Translations under genes and position numbers: made by a program
The notes under the pieces: model-generated
What the model was told of the DNA's origin: nothing
The model's input: the letters and a program-made list of their open reading frames with translations, nothing else
Databases searched by the model: none
In this document: positions 39,190 to 49,079 of the stretch, piece by piece
How positions within the stretch are numbered: the stretch's first letter is position 1
How the letters are laid out: each line of letters starts with the position of its first letter
Assembly (NCBI GenBank): GCA_963766735.1
Contig: CAVYBU010000019.1
Coordinates: 65,999-129,998 of the forward strand
Direction of reading: 5' to 3'
Source: an uncultured Chloroflexia bacterium
GTDB taxonomy: Bacteria; Chloroflexota; Limnocylindria; Limnocylindrales; CSP1-4
Length of the DNA stretch: 64,000 nt

Positions 39190-41695
39190 TCAGGCCCGGA
39201 TGAGAAGGTTCTCGGGGTCGAACAGCGGCCGGGCGCCGACGACCGCGACGGTCACCGGGTACTGCTCGTCGAAGTACTGGACGAAGAGCTTGTTGCCCTC
39301 GACCGCGTGCTCCGGCGGCAGGTAGGCCATCAGCACGTGCTTGCCGGTTGACGGGCTGGCGCCCGCGGAGGTCGCGTAGGAGCGGCGGCCCTTGGCGTCC
39401 ACGATCTCGGAGCCGTCGGCGAGGGTGATCGGCTGGCGGCCCAGCATGTAGCGGCGTTCGCCGCTCGGCGGAGGTGTGGTCGTCGACGGTGAGCGAGCAG
39501 CAGATCGCTGCCGGCTGCTTGCCGAGGACGGCCAGGACGGCCTCCTTGCCGATGAAGTCCTGGTCCTTGACCCTGGCGCCCGCCATGTCGGCCTCGACGA
39601 CGTCATAGTCGTTGTCGAGCTCGGCGCCGTAGGCGCGATAGCTCTTCTCGAGGCGGCCGGTGGTGCCGTACACGCCCATGCCACAGGCAGTGATGCCGTG
39701 GGCCTGGCCGGCTTCCCAGAGCTCGCTCCAGAGCCGCTGGCCCTGCTCCATCGGGACGTAGATCTCCCAGCCCAGGTCGCCGACGTAGCTGATGCGCGAC
39801 GCCAGCGTCATCTGCGAGCCGATCTCGACGGTCTTGCAGGTGCCGAACTTGAAGGCGTCGGCCGACATGTCCTCACGGGTGATCGACTGGACGATCTTGC
39901 GGGCGTTGGGACCCCAGAGACCGATCGTCGTGTAGGCGGTCGTCAGGTCGACGATCGCCGCGTCCTCCTCGAGGTGGTCCTTGAACCACTTGAGGTCGGC
40001 CATGCCGTGGGCGCCGCCGGTGACCACGCGGAAGACGTTCTTCTCGAGCCGCATGATCGTGAGGTCGGACTTGAAGCCGCCCGTCTCCGAGAGGACCGGC
40101 GTGTACACCACGCGGCCGACCTTGACGTCCATCTGGCGCATCGCGACCTTCTGGACGGACGCCAGGGCGCCCGGGCCGACGATGTCGAAGATGGCGAACG
40201 CGGAGAGGTCGAAGATGCCGGCCGACTCGCGCATGGCGAGGTGCTCGGCGTTGATGATGGGGCTCCACCAGCGGGCATCCCACTCGTTCGGACGGGTCTT
40301 GACGCCGTACTTCTCAACGAGCGGGGCGTTGCTGTTGTACCACTGCGCCCGCTCCCAGCCGGCGACCTCGAAGAACTCGGCGTCGTGCACGCGCTGCCAC
40401 TCGTTCATCGGCGTCATGCGCAGGTCGCGATCGGACAGGTACTGCTCGGCCGGGTGGACGATGCCGTAGGTCTTGGGGAACGCCTCGAAGGCGCGGGCCT
40501 TCGTGTGCTGGCGGGTCTTCTGGTGACCGTGCAGGCGGCTGATGTCGGACTGGTTGCAGTCGATCTCGGGCTCGCCGTGGACCATCCACTCGGCGATGGA
40601 CTTGCCGACCGCCGGCCCTTCCTTGACCCAGACCGCGGCGGCGGACCAGAGGCCCTTGACCTCGGGCGTCTCGCCCAGGAGCGGCATGCCGTCCGGCGTG
40701 AGGGCGATGAGGCCGTTGATGGCGTACTTCTGGCCGACCTTCTCGTCGCCGAGGATGGCGGGGAAGAGCTCGAGGGCGTCTTCGAGCTGCGGGTCGAAGT
40801 CACCCTGGGTGAAGGGGAACTCCGTCGGCGAGAGGGCGGCCTCCTCGTTGGACGGGATCGTCTCCGGATCGTGCAGGATGGAGCGGTGGGCGTACGAGCC
40901 CACCTCAAAGCCGATGCCGTCCTGGCGCTCGTACATGAGGACGTCCATGTCGCGGACGATCGGGTATTCGATCGCCTTGGACGACTTCTCGAAGATCTCG
41001 ACGGGGCCGTAGTCGGCCATCTGGTGGACGACCGGGGTGAGCGGGATCCGCGCGCCGGCCATCTCGGCCAGGAGCGGGGCCCAGACACCGCACGCGATGA
41101 TGACGTACTCGGCCTCGATGGTGCCGCGGCTGGTCGTGACGCTCCTGATGCGGCCGTCCTCGACGCCCATCGCGGTGACCTCGGTGTTCGCGAACGAGGT
41201 CAGAGCGCCCATCGCCTCGGCCTTCTCGCGGCACAGGGTCCCGAACTGCAGGGAGTCGCAGACGCCGACGCCCGGCGTGTAGAAGCCACCGACGAGGATC
41301 GACTCGTCGATGAACGGGACGAGCTCCTTGATCTCGGCCGGACTGACCAGGCGGGAATCGATGCCCCAGTTCCTGGACGAGTCCATCTTGCGGCGGAGCT
41401 CGTTCAGCCGGGACTCGGACCGCGCGACCTCGAGGCCGCCGCACTCCGTGTAGACGTCCCAGTCCTTGTACTGGCGGGCGCTCTCGAGCGTCAGCTCCGC
41501 CATCTCCTTGTTGTGATCGACCAGGTACAGGAAGTTGGACGCGTGGCCCGTGGAGCCACCGGGGTTCGGCAGGGGGCCCTTGTCGATGAGGACGAGGTCC
41601 TTCCACCCGAGGTTCGCAAGGTGGTAGGCGATGCTGTTGCCGACGATGCCGGCGCCGATGATGACGACCTTGGCGCTGGTCGGGAAACTGCTCAT
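39190..41695 (-). CDS. FAD-dependent GcvT-domain oxidoreductase (dimethylglycine oxidase-like), copy 6; one frameshift near 39468
   Basis: ATG 41695 after SD AGGAG. GGSTGHASNF, SDLTI and ISYVGDLGWEIY. The C-terminus SGERRYMLG...LFDPENLLIRA* is in the adjacent frame. Confidence 0.87.
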
Positions 41696-41876
41696 CGATG
41701 CTGCTCCTGTTTGGTGGCTGATATCGCCGGCCATCGTGCGCCGGCCGGTCCCTCCTCGGGGCCGTCCCGGCGGGTCACGACTCGACGCGCGGACGAGCCG
41801 TTGAACCCCGGGGTGCGGGTGCCGCCGGTGCGCGACAAGCAGGGGACCGGCCGTCGCGCACGACCTGATTGGCGGG

Positions 41877-41915
41877 ATGCTAACTGTTGACAATAGCCCT
41901 GTCAACGGCCATTCT
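41877..41915. promoter_or_regulatory. Overlapping divergent promoters built on the palindrome GTTGACA-N7-TGTCAAC (candidate GntR operator)
   Basis: Plus strand: TTGACA(41887)-N17-CATTCT(41910). Minus strand: TTGACA(41905)-N17-TAGCAT(41882-41877). Confidence 0.65.
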
Positions 41916-41970
41916 TGTGGTCCGAACGATGCTTCCGGGTGCCCCATCGGCCCCGGTTGACGGAGGGCCG

Positions 41971-42660
41971 ATGACGGCGTTGACGCACAAGCAGCTCTGG
42001 GAGTCGGTCGCCGACCAGCTCCGCGAGGAGATCCTCGATGGACGCCTCCCGGCCGGCACGCGGCTGGTGGAGACGGAGCTGGCCGACCGGTTCGGCGTGT
42101 CGCGCGGTCCGATCCGCGATGCGCTCGCCGAGCTTGCCCGTGACGGGCTCGCGGTTGACCTCCCGCGCCGCGGCACGTTCGTGAGCAGCCTCACCGAGGC
42201 GGACCTGGCGGAGGTCTACGTGCTCCGCAGGGCCATCGAGGAGGCCGCGATCCCCCTCGCTGTCGCCAGGGCAACCGAGGCCGACATCGCGGACCTGTTC
42301 GACATCCTGGCGGATGTCGAGGCGGCGTACGGGCGCGAGGACCTCGCGGCGGCCTGGGAGACCGACATGGCCTTCCACCGGGCCTACTGCCGGCTCTCGG
42401 GCAACGGCCGCCTGCTCGCTCTGTTCGATCACCTGGCATCGCAGACCGTCCTGCTGATGCGGACCGCGCTGGCCGCGCGTGAGTCGCTGGGCTGGACGCC
42501 ACCCGTCGAGTACCACCGGCACATCGCCACCGGCATCGCGGAGGGCGACATCCGCGGGGCGATCGAGGCGGTCGGCATCCACTACCAGTACACGCAGGAC
42601 CGCCTGGTCGCGTCGGATCCGTCCCGGGCGGCGTCCAGAGGCGGGCGACCCGCGGCGTAG
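41971..42660 (+). CDS. GntR family regulator (FCD domain)
   Basis: ATG 41971 after GGAGG. LVETELADRFGVSRGPIRDAL HTH and DMAFH...SGN FCD motif. Confidence 0.92.
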   Translation: MTALTHKQLWESVADQLREEILDGRLPAGTRLVETELADRFGVSRGPIRDALAELARDGLAVDLPRRGTFVSSLTEADLAEVYVLRRAIEEAAIPLAVARATEADIADLFDILADVEAAYGREDLAAAWETDMAFHRAYCRLSGNGRLLALFDHLASQTVLLMRTALAARESLGWTPPVEYHRHIATGIAEGDIRGAIEAVGIHYQYTQDRLVASDPSRAASRGGRPAA

Positions 42661-42753
42661 GGCGAAACCGGCCCGCTCCGGCCCCCGATCGTCGCCGCTT
42701 CGGCGATCCGGCACCCGCGCCCGCGCCCCGTGCGTCGACGCGTCCAGGCGACC

Positions 42754-44133
42754 TCAGCCGGGGGTGAGCGCCCGCGCCCGCACCCGGAGCGCCGACGCGG
42801 CCAGGCCGACGCTCGCCACCACGGCACCGGCGGCCAGGAGCGCCCCGGCGCCCGCCAGCGCTCCGATCCCGAGCGGCCACCCCACGGCCAGCAGCGCCGT
42901 CCCGGCGTTCAGCGCCACCAGGCGGGGCGTGGCGGCCCGACCCAGCACCTCGCGCTGGACGCCGTGTTCCCTCGGCCCACCAGGCCCGATCGCCGGCAGC
43001 AGGTGGGTCCACGATCCGATCAGCACCTGGACGACCCAGCCGACCACGAGCGGCGCGGCGACGAGCGGCGACCGCCACGCCTCCCCGGCCGGCACAAGGC
43101 CCAGCGCGGCCGCGAGGACGAGAACCGATGCGAGCGTCGTCCCCACCGCGAACCACCCCACCCCGGCAAGCAGCCCGATGCCCGACATCCGGTGCCAGCC
43201 CGGGTCCGTCGTCCAGGTTCCCCGGGCGCGGTACACGCGAGAGGCCTCCAGGACCATCGCGCCCGCGCCAACCATCGCCAGGAACGCGCCCCCACCGGCC
43301 ACAGCCCCAACCCCGGTCAGCTGCCCCGTCACCACGAGTGGTGCCGCCAGCGCCGTGCCCATCACCGCCAGCGCCGCACTCCCCCGCGGCACGATCCGCG
43401 TCCCGAGGACCGTCGGCAGGAAGTGCAGCAGCGTTGAGACGATGATCAGCGACACGAACCCCAGGACGTTCGTCCATGCGTGCGCCGGCCGCAGCTCCGC
43501 CCACCGGTCCAGCACGGGCGGCCAGCCGGCCGCGGCCAGCGTCCCGAGCGACGCCCCGATCGCCACGTTCAGCAGCGCCAGCATGTAGCCGGCGGTCACC
43601 ACCGGTCGGCGGATCATCAGCCCGGCGCGTCCCGATGCCCGCACGGCCAGCGCCACGGCCCCGATCCCCGCGAGGTAGACGCACCCGCCGATGACCGGGA
43701 CGAGATCGGCTGAGGGCGCGAACCCGCGCACGCTCACGAGCGCCGCCCCGATCGCGACCAGCGCGACCGAGGTCACGCGCAGGCGCACGGGAGCCGGGTG
43801 GCCCGCCGCCAGCGCGGCCACGAAGAAGGGCATCACCCCCGAGATGGCGGTGGACGCACCGCCGGCGAGGGCAAGGTGGAGCGGCAGCCACGGCGGCAGT
43901 GCGTCGGCGCCGGTCGCCCTGGCGAGCGCGGCGGCGGCGGCGACGAGGAGGAACCCGGCCGCGACCACCACGGACGCCACGACCACGCGCCGGTCATCGC
44001 CGCGGCGGGGGCCCGGTCGGAGGGCGGCTGCGCCAGGCGGGCTGGTGTCGATCCTGGTCGGAGCGGAACCGGCCGGAGCTTTGGGGGCCGCCTGGCCCCC
44101 GTCAAAAGGGCTGCTTGTCATCTTCTCAAACAT
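42754..44133 (-). CDS. Polytopic membrane protein divergent from nirK
   Basis: About 12 hydrophobic segments with repeated His motifs (WLPLHL, PAHAWTNVLG, LLHFLP, WTHLLP). Start uncertain (44133 or 44121). Confidence 0.7.
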   Translation of the reverse strand: MFEKMTSSPFDGGQAAPKAPAGSAPTRIDTSPPGAAALRPGPRRGDDRRVVVASVVVAAGFLLVAAAAALARATGADALPPWLPLHLALAGGASTAISGVMPFFVAALAAGHPAPVRLRVTSVALVAIGAALVSVRGFAPSADLVPVIGGCVYLAGIGAVALAVRASGRAGLMIRRPVVTAGYMLALLNVAIGASLGTLAAAGWPPVLDRWAELRPAHAWTNVLGFVSLIIVSTLLHFLPTVLGTRIVPRGSAALAVMGTALAAPLVVTGQLTGVGAVAGGGAFLAMVGAGAMVLEASRVYRARGTWTTDPGWHRMSGIGLLAGVGWFAVGTTLASVLVLAAALGLVPAGEAWRSPLVAAPLVVGWVVQVLIGSWTHLLPAIGPGGPREHGVQREVLGRAATPRLVALNAGTALLAVGWPLGIGALAGAGALLAAGAVVASVGLAASALRVRARALTPG

Positions 44134-44257
44134 CTACTAAGTTACTGATAGTTACAGCACCCACCGCGGGGCCACACGGACCATGGGAGTCCGCGTGCAG
44201 GCGGGGCAGGACCCGGGACGGGGAACGGCCCGGGGCCATACGGGAAAGGATGCGTCC

Positions 44258-45667
44258 ATGAACCGCACTCAACGCCTGATCGCGGCGACCGCGCTGCTCG
44301 CCATGGCGACGGCCGGCTGCGCCAAGGCGGACACACCTGCCTGGTCGTTCGACACCAGCGCCGGCGCCCCCGGCGGCGGGAACACGGTCGCCAGCGTTTC
44401 CACTCCGGCGCCCGCTGCCACCGCGGCACCGGCCTCGTCTCCGGCCGGCGACGTCCTCGGCACGCTCGAGGTCACCGCAGTGGATCTCGGGTTCGAGCCG
44501 AAGGCGATCGAGGTGGACGCCCCCGGCCGCTACGAGGTCACGCTCACGAACACGGGCAGCATCATCCACGACCTGGCGTTTGCCGACGGCACGGTGATCT
44601 CCGCGGACGCCGGCCAGAGCGCGACCGGAATCGTGGACGTCCCGGCCGAGGGCATCGGCTTCATCTGCTCCATCCCCGGCCATTCGGACGCGGGGATGAC
44701 GGGCGCCATCAGCGTCAAGGGCAGCACCGCCGGCGGCGAGAGCCACGGCGGCCCCGCCCCGGCCACGGACGTCCAGGCAGACCCGAACGCCCCGGCCTAC
44801 ACCATGAACGACCCGAGGGCCCCTGCCCTCCTCGAGGGGAAGGTCCACGACATCGACCTCGTCATCGAAGAGAAGCTCATGACCGTCGCCACCGGGTTCG
44901 TCCAGAGCGTGTGGACCTTCGGCGGCACCGTTCCGGGCCCGGTCATCCGGGTCCAGGTCGGCGACACCATCCGCATCCATCTCAAGAACCCCGCGACCAG
45001 CAAGCTCCCCCATTCGGTCGACTTCCACTCGTCGATGGTCGCCTGGAACGACGAGATGACCTCGATCAACCCGGGCGAGGAGAAGCTCTACGAGTACGAG
45101 GCGAAGTTCGCCGGCGTCTGGATGTACCACTGCGGGACTGCCCCGGCCCTCCATCACATCGCCAACGGCATGTACGGGATGATGATCGTCGAGCCCAAGG
45201 GCGGGCTGGACAAGGTGGACCAGGAGTTCGCCTTCGTCCAGAGCGAGTGGTACCTCGGCCCGCAGGGTGAGCCTGCCTCGCTGGCCAAGGCCGGCACGGG
45301 CAACCCGGCTCCCGACTTCGTGGTCTTCAACGGCATCGCCAACCAGTACCTGGACAACCCGATCCAGATCGAGACCGGCAAGCGGGTCCGGGTCTTCGTC
45401 CTTGATGCGGGTCCCAGCATCGACAGCTCGTTCCACATCGTCGGCACGATCTTCGACCGGGTCATCAAGGAGGGCATCGAGCTCACGGTCGGCAACACCG
45501 GCAACTGGGGCAGCCAGGCCGTCGATCTGTCGCCCGCCCAGGGCACCATGGTCGAGTTCGCGATGGCCGAGGACGGCCTGTACCCGATCGTGACGCACGC
45601 GTTCAACTTCGTCGGACGAGGCGCACTCGGCCTGTTCCAGGCCGGCGACGGCGACCCGCTGAACTAG
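44258..45667 (+). CDS. nirK: Copper-containing nitrite reductase, lipoprotein with an extra N-terminal cupredoxin domain
   Basis: Lipobox TAGC. Extra T1Cu site (HD...CSIPGHSDAGM). Core motifs PHSVDFH, YHCGTAPALHHIANGM, SSFHIVG and VTHAF. Confidence 0.85.
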   Translation: MNRTQRLIAATALLAMATAGCAKADTPAWSFDTSAGAPGGGNTVASVSTPAPAATAAPASSPAGDVLGTLEVTAVDLGFEPKAIEVDAPGRYEVTLTNTGSIIHDLAFADGTVISADAGQSATGIVDVPAEGIGFICSIPGHSDAGMTGAISVKGSTAGGESHGGPAPATDVQADPNAPAYTMNDPRAPALLEGKVHDIDLVIEEKLMTVATGFVQSVWTFGGTVPGPVIRVQVGDTIRIHLKNPATSKLPHSVDFHSSMVAWNDEMTSINPGEEKLYEYEAKFAGVWMYHCGTAPALHHIANGMYGMMIVEPKGGLDKVDQEFAFVQSEWYLGPQGEPASLAKAGTGNPAPDFVVFNGIANQYLDNPIQIETGKRVRVFVLDAGPSIDSSFHIVGTIFDRVIKEGIELTVGNTGNWGSQAVDLSPAQGTMVEFAMAEDGLYPIVTHAFNFVGRGALGLFQAGDGDPLN

Positions 45668-45771
45668 CCTCCCCCGTCCCTCGCCGGCGGTCGCCTTCCC
45701 CGGGCGGCCGCCGGCTTCTCCGCGTCCGGCACCGGACGGCTGGCACCGGCTACGCGGCGCCCGTGGGGCGG

Positions 45772-47010
45772 TCACGTGATCCCGGCGGCTGCCAGCGCCT
45801 CGATCTCCTGCGCGCCGTAGCCCAGCTCCGCCAGGATCTCGCCCGTGTGCTCGCCCAGGAGCGGGGGCGCGGTGCGGATCGTCGCCGGGGTGGCCGAGAG
45901 CTGGAACGGGATCCCCACCTGGCGCACGGCGCCCAGGACCGGGTGCTCCACGTCCACGGTCATGCCGCGGGCCTGTGCCTGCGGAGCGGCGAAGGCGGCC
46001 GGGATGTCGTTGATGGCGCCGGCGGGGATCTCGGCCCCGTCCAGGGCCGCCAGCCACTCCCCGCTGGATCGGACGAGGAACCGGTCCGCCAGGAGGGGCC
46101 GGAGGACGGCGCGCTGGTCCACACGACCTCCGTTCGTGGCGAAGCGCGGGTCCAGGGCCAGCTCCGGCAGCCCCAGGGCCTCGCACAGGCGCGGCCACTG
46201 GCGCTCGCTGCCAACGCCCACGGCGATCTCACCGTCGGCGGTGCGGAAGGTCTCGTACGGAACGAGGTTCGGGTGGGCGTTGCCGAGGCGGCCCGGTGCC
46301 TCCCCCGAGACGAACGCGTTCTGGGCCTGGTTCACCAGGATGGCGAGGGTCGATTCGAGCAGCGAGACGTCGATGCGCTGACCGAGAGCAGCTCCGTCGC
46401 CGGCGCGACCCCGGCCCACGAGGCCAGCCAGGACCGACACCGCGCCGAACAGCCCCGTCACGACGTCGCTGATCGCGACCCCCACCTTCGTCGGCCGCCC
46501 ACCCTCCGTGTCCGTCGCCCCCGTGATCGACATCAGCCCGCCAACGGCCTGCACGATGAAGTCGTAGCCGGGCTTCCCCGCGTCCGGGCCGTCCGTGCCG
46601 AAGCCGGAGATGGCGAGATGGACGAGGTCCGGATTGAGGGCCGTCAGCGTCTCGTCACCGAACCCCAGCCGCGCCAGGCCGCCGACGCGGAAGTTCTCCA
46701 CGAGGACGTCCGAGCCGCGGAGGAGGCGGCGCAGGACCTCTCGGCCGGGCTCCTGCTTGAGGTCCAGGCGGATGGACCGCTTGTTGCGGTTGACGGCCAG
46801 AAAGTAGGCCGCGGTCCGGGTCCCGGCCGCCTCGTCGCCCACCCACGGCGGTCCCCAGCCGCGCGTCGCGTCGCCCTCGGGCGGCTCCACCTTGATCACG
46901 TCCGCACCCAGGTCCGCGAGGAGCATCGTGCAGTACGGCCCGGCAAGGACCGTGGAGCAGTCGGCGACGCGGATGCCGGCGAGGGGTCCGGGTGCGGGGG
47001 TCTGCGTCAT
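45772..47010 (-). CDS. Family III CoA transferase (CaiB/BaiF)
   Basis: LAGP...LADLGADVIKVE, NRNKRS, ENFR, GYD, ISDVVTG and PLLGEHT. Confidence 0.92.
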   Translation of the reverse strand: MTQTPAPGPLAGIRVADCSTVLAGPYCTMLLADLGADVIKVEPPEGDATRGWGPPWVGDEAAGTRTAAYFLAVNRNKRSIRLDLKQEPGREVLRRLLRGSDVLVENFRVGGLARLGFGDETLTALNPDLVHLAISGFGTDGPDAGKPGYDFIVQAVGGLMSITGATDTEGGRPTKVGVAISDVVTGLFGAVSVLAGLVGRGRAGDGAALGQRIDVSLLESTLAILVNQAQNAFVSGEAPGRLGNAHPNLVPYETFRTADGEIAVGVGSERQWPRLCEALGLPELALDPRFATNGGRVDQRAVLRPLLADRFLVRSSGEWLAALDGAEIPAGAINDIPAAFAAPQAQARGMTVDVEHPVLGAVRQVGIPFQLSATPATIRTAPPLLGEHTGEILAELGYGAQEIEALAAAGIT

Positions 47011-47089
47011 GGAGCCGATGGTAGCGGCCCGAACCTGGTCCGACGACCGTCTCAGCCCTCGGGCGCCGGTTCTGGGCGCGGGCGCGGGC

Positions 47090-47665
47090 TCAGCCTTCGG
47101 CCGCCGGCTCCGGGATCGTGATGTCCACCACCTGGGCGCCCGTCGCCGCCACCAGGTCCGCGGGTGCGAGGTGCACGTTCACGCCCCTCGCGCCACCGCC
47201 GATCGCCACGACCTCGAGGCCCTCGATCGACGCGTCCGCGATGACCGGCCACGCGCGCCGCGCACCGAACGGGGTGATCGCCCCGCGCACGTAGCCGGTC
47301 TCGGCCTTCGCCTCCTCCTCGGTCGGGAGCGTGAGGCGCTTCGTTCCAAGGTGAGCGCGAAGGACGGGCCAGTTGAACCGGCGACCCCCGGGGACGAGGA
47401 CGAACACGAAGTCGTCGGCGGCGAGGCGGACGAGGATCGAGCGCAGCAGGGACCCGATCGGGATGTCCTGGAACCGGGCGCTCTCCTCGGCACTGCGCGC
47501 GATCTCGGTGCGGACGACGCGGAACGGGATGCCGGCGGCCTCGAGGGCGGCGATGGCCGGGGTGCTGGGGATCACGGGATCTGCAGCGGGATCCGCGGCG
47601 GGCGGCGGCGGATCCGCGGCGGGATCCGCGGCGGCGTCTGGGTGGTCGGCAGGGTCGTGCGTCAC
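47090..47665 (-). CDS. YbaK/EbsC family aminoacyl-tRNA deacylase-like protein
   Basis: TGYVRGAITPFG and IGGGARG. GTG 47665 is preceded by a -10-like TACCCT; start uncertain. Confidence 0.8.
   Translation of the reverse strand: MTHDPADHPDAAADPAADPPPPAADPAADPVIPSTPAIAALEAAGIPFRVVRTEIARSAEESARFQDIPIGSLLRSILVRLAADDFVFVLVPGGRRFNWPVLRAHLGTKRLTLPTEEEAKAETGYVRGAITPFGARRAWPVIADASIEGLEVVAIGGGARGVNVHLAPADLVAATGAQVVDITIPEPAAEG
47577..47633. repeat. 12-bp coding repeats GGATCCGCGGCG (three exact, one degenerate)
   Basis: Exact copies at 47589, 47610 and 47622; degenerate copy at 47577. They encode AADP units in the YbaK N-terminus. Confidence 0.75.
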
Positions 47666-47711
47666 CGGCGAAGGGTAGCCGGATCTGCACTGTCGGGCCT
47701 GTGCCGCGTTC

Positions 47712-48386
47712 TCACAGGCCCAGCGTGAACAGGATCCCATCCCAGTTCTCGCGCAGGTCGTAGGTCGCCACGGCGATCAGGATGATGCCGGACACGATCT
47801 CGATCATCCGGTGCCGGTCCAGGACGAACCGGACGACCGTCCGCTGCCGGGCGCCCGCGAGGAAGGACAGGATCACCAGGGGCAGCCCGAACCCAAGGCC
47901 GAACACGACGAACGTGCCCATCCGGATGACCGCGTCGCCGGCCCCCACGGACACGGCCAGTAGCGCGGCCAGGAAGGGTCCGGCGCAGGGGAGAGCGATC
48001 GGACCCAGCATGATCCCGTAGACGTATGCCTGGCCGTACGGATTGCGGACCAGCGGCACGCGCATGCCCGGGAGGCGGTTGAACGGGTTCCGGCCGAGGA
48101 GGAGCAGCACGCCGATCACGATCAGCAGCCCGTCCACGATGGGAACGAGGTAGCTGGCCACGCGCCCGATCGGGATGGAGACCATGAACAGCAGCCCGCC
48201 GATCAGGACCATCGTCGTGAGCAGGCCGCCGAGCACCAGGAGGCCCAGGAGGCCCGTGGCTCGGCGGCCGGCCATTTCACCCGCGTTGGCAGCGAGGTAG
48301 GCGAGGAACCCCGGGTAGAGCGGCAGCAGGCACGGGCTTGCAGCGCTCGCCAGCCCCGCCAGGAACACCGCGGCGAGCTCCCCCAT
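47712..48386 (-). CDS. ccdA: CcdA/DsbD-type membrane disulfide reductase
   Basis: ASPCLLPLYP and ALPCAGP motifs with about 6 TM helices. Confidence 0.88.
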   Translation of the reverse strand: MGELAAVFLAGLASAASPCLLPLYPGFLAYLAANAGEMAGRRATGLLGLLVLGGLLTTMVLIGGLLFMVSIPIGRVASYLVPIVDGLLIVIGVLLLLGRNPFNRLPGMRVPLVRNPYGQAYVYGIMLGPIALPCAGPFLAALLAVSVGAGDAVIRMGTFVVFGLGFGLPLVILSFLAGARQRTVVRFVLDRHRMIEIVSGIILIAVATYDLRENWDGILFTLGL

Positions 48387-49079
48387 CAGACGCCGGCTGC
48401 CTCGACGATCTGGTCGACGCTCTCGGCACCCGTCCCAAAGGAGACCTCGCCGTCAGCCGAGACGAAGACCACCGGCACCGACGGCGGGTTGATGGCATTC
48501 GGGCCGAACTCGGCGTCCAGGGCCCTGGCAACGTCCTTGCCGGCCACGGCGTAGCGGCCCGTGAACCCGCGGTCCGCCTTGTAGCGGGCGAGGTCCTTGG
48601 CGGTCTCGGACGGATCGACCGTCAGGACGACGTACTCGGCGGTCCCGGGTGCGATCTTCGAGAAGGCCTCGGTGAAGCGGGCCTGCTGCGCCCGGCAGTT
48701 GCCGCACCAGATCGCCATGGTCTCGATGAAGATTGGCTTGCCGGCGAGGTCGGCGATCGTGAAGGTCTCACCGGTGGCCACGTCGGTGAGGGTTGCGGTG
48801 GCCCAGGGATGCATCTGGAGAGCCGCTGGCGGCGGCGTTCGGCGTGGGCCCGGCAGACGCGGCTGGGTCCCCGGACGCGGCGGGCTCGGCGGTCTGCACC
48901 GCTTCGCCGGTCATCCCGGGCTCAGTGGTCATCGCGTCGCTGGCAGCGGCCGGCGGGGTCGTGGCCGATGCTGCCGGGGTCGGAGCGGCCGTGGCCGGGT
49001 CCCCGCCGCCCGCGCCGCATGCAGCAACGAGCAGGGCGATCGGGAGCAGGAGTGCAACGGCGCGTCGGTTGGTCGTCAT
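48386..49079 (-). CDS. Thioredoxin-like (TlpA/redoxin) lipoprotein; one frameshift near 48828
   Basis: N-part MTTNRR...LVAAC (lipobox, Ala/Pro/Thr linker) and C-part with WCGNC are in adjacent frames. One base removed joins them as NAAAAALQMHPWATA. Confidence 0.78.

Noticed and set aside
38423-41947. Apparent 1174-aa GcvT-EtfB fusion in the ORF track
   Set aside because: It is caused by the frameshift near 39468. The real GcvT C-terminus is in the adjacent frame and stops at 39190, EtfB has its own ATG at 39187, and the linker is off-frame sequence.
44114-44131. FNR/Rex box upstream of nirK
   Set aside because: TTGTCATCTTCTCAA has the wrong spacing and several mismatches to both TTGAT-N4-ATCAA and the Rex consensus.
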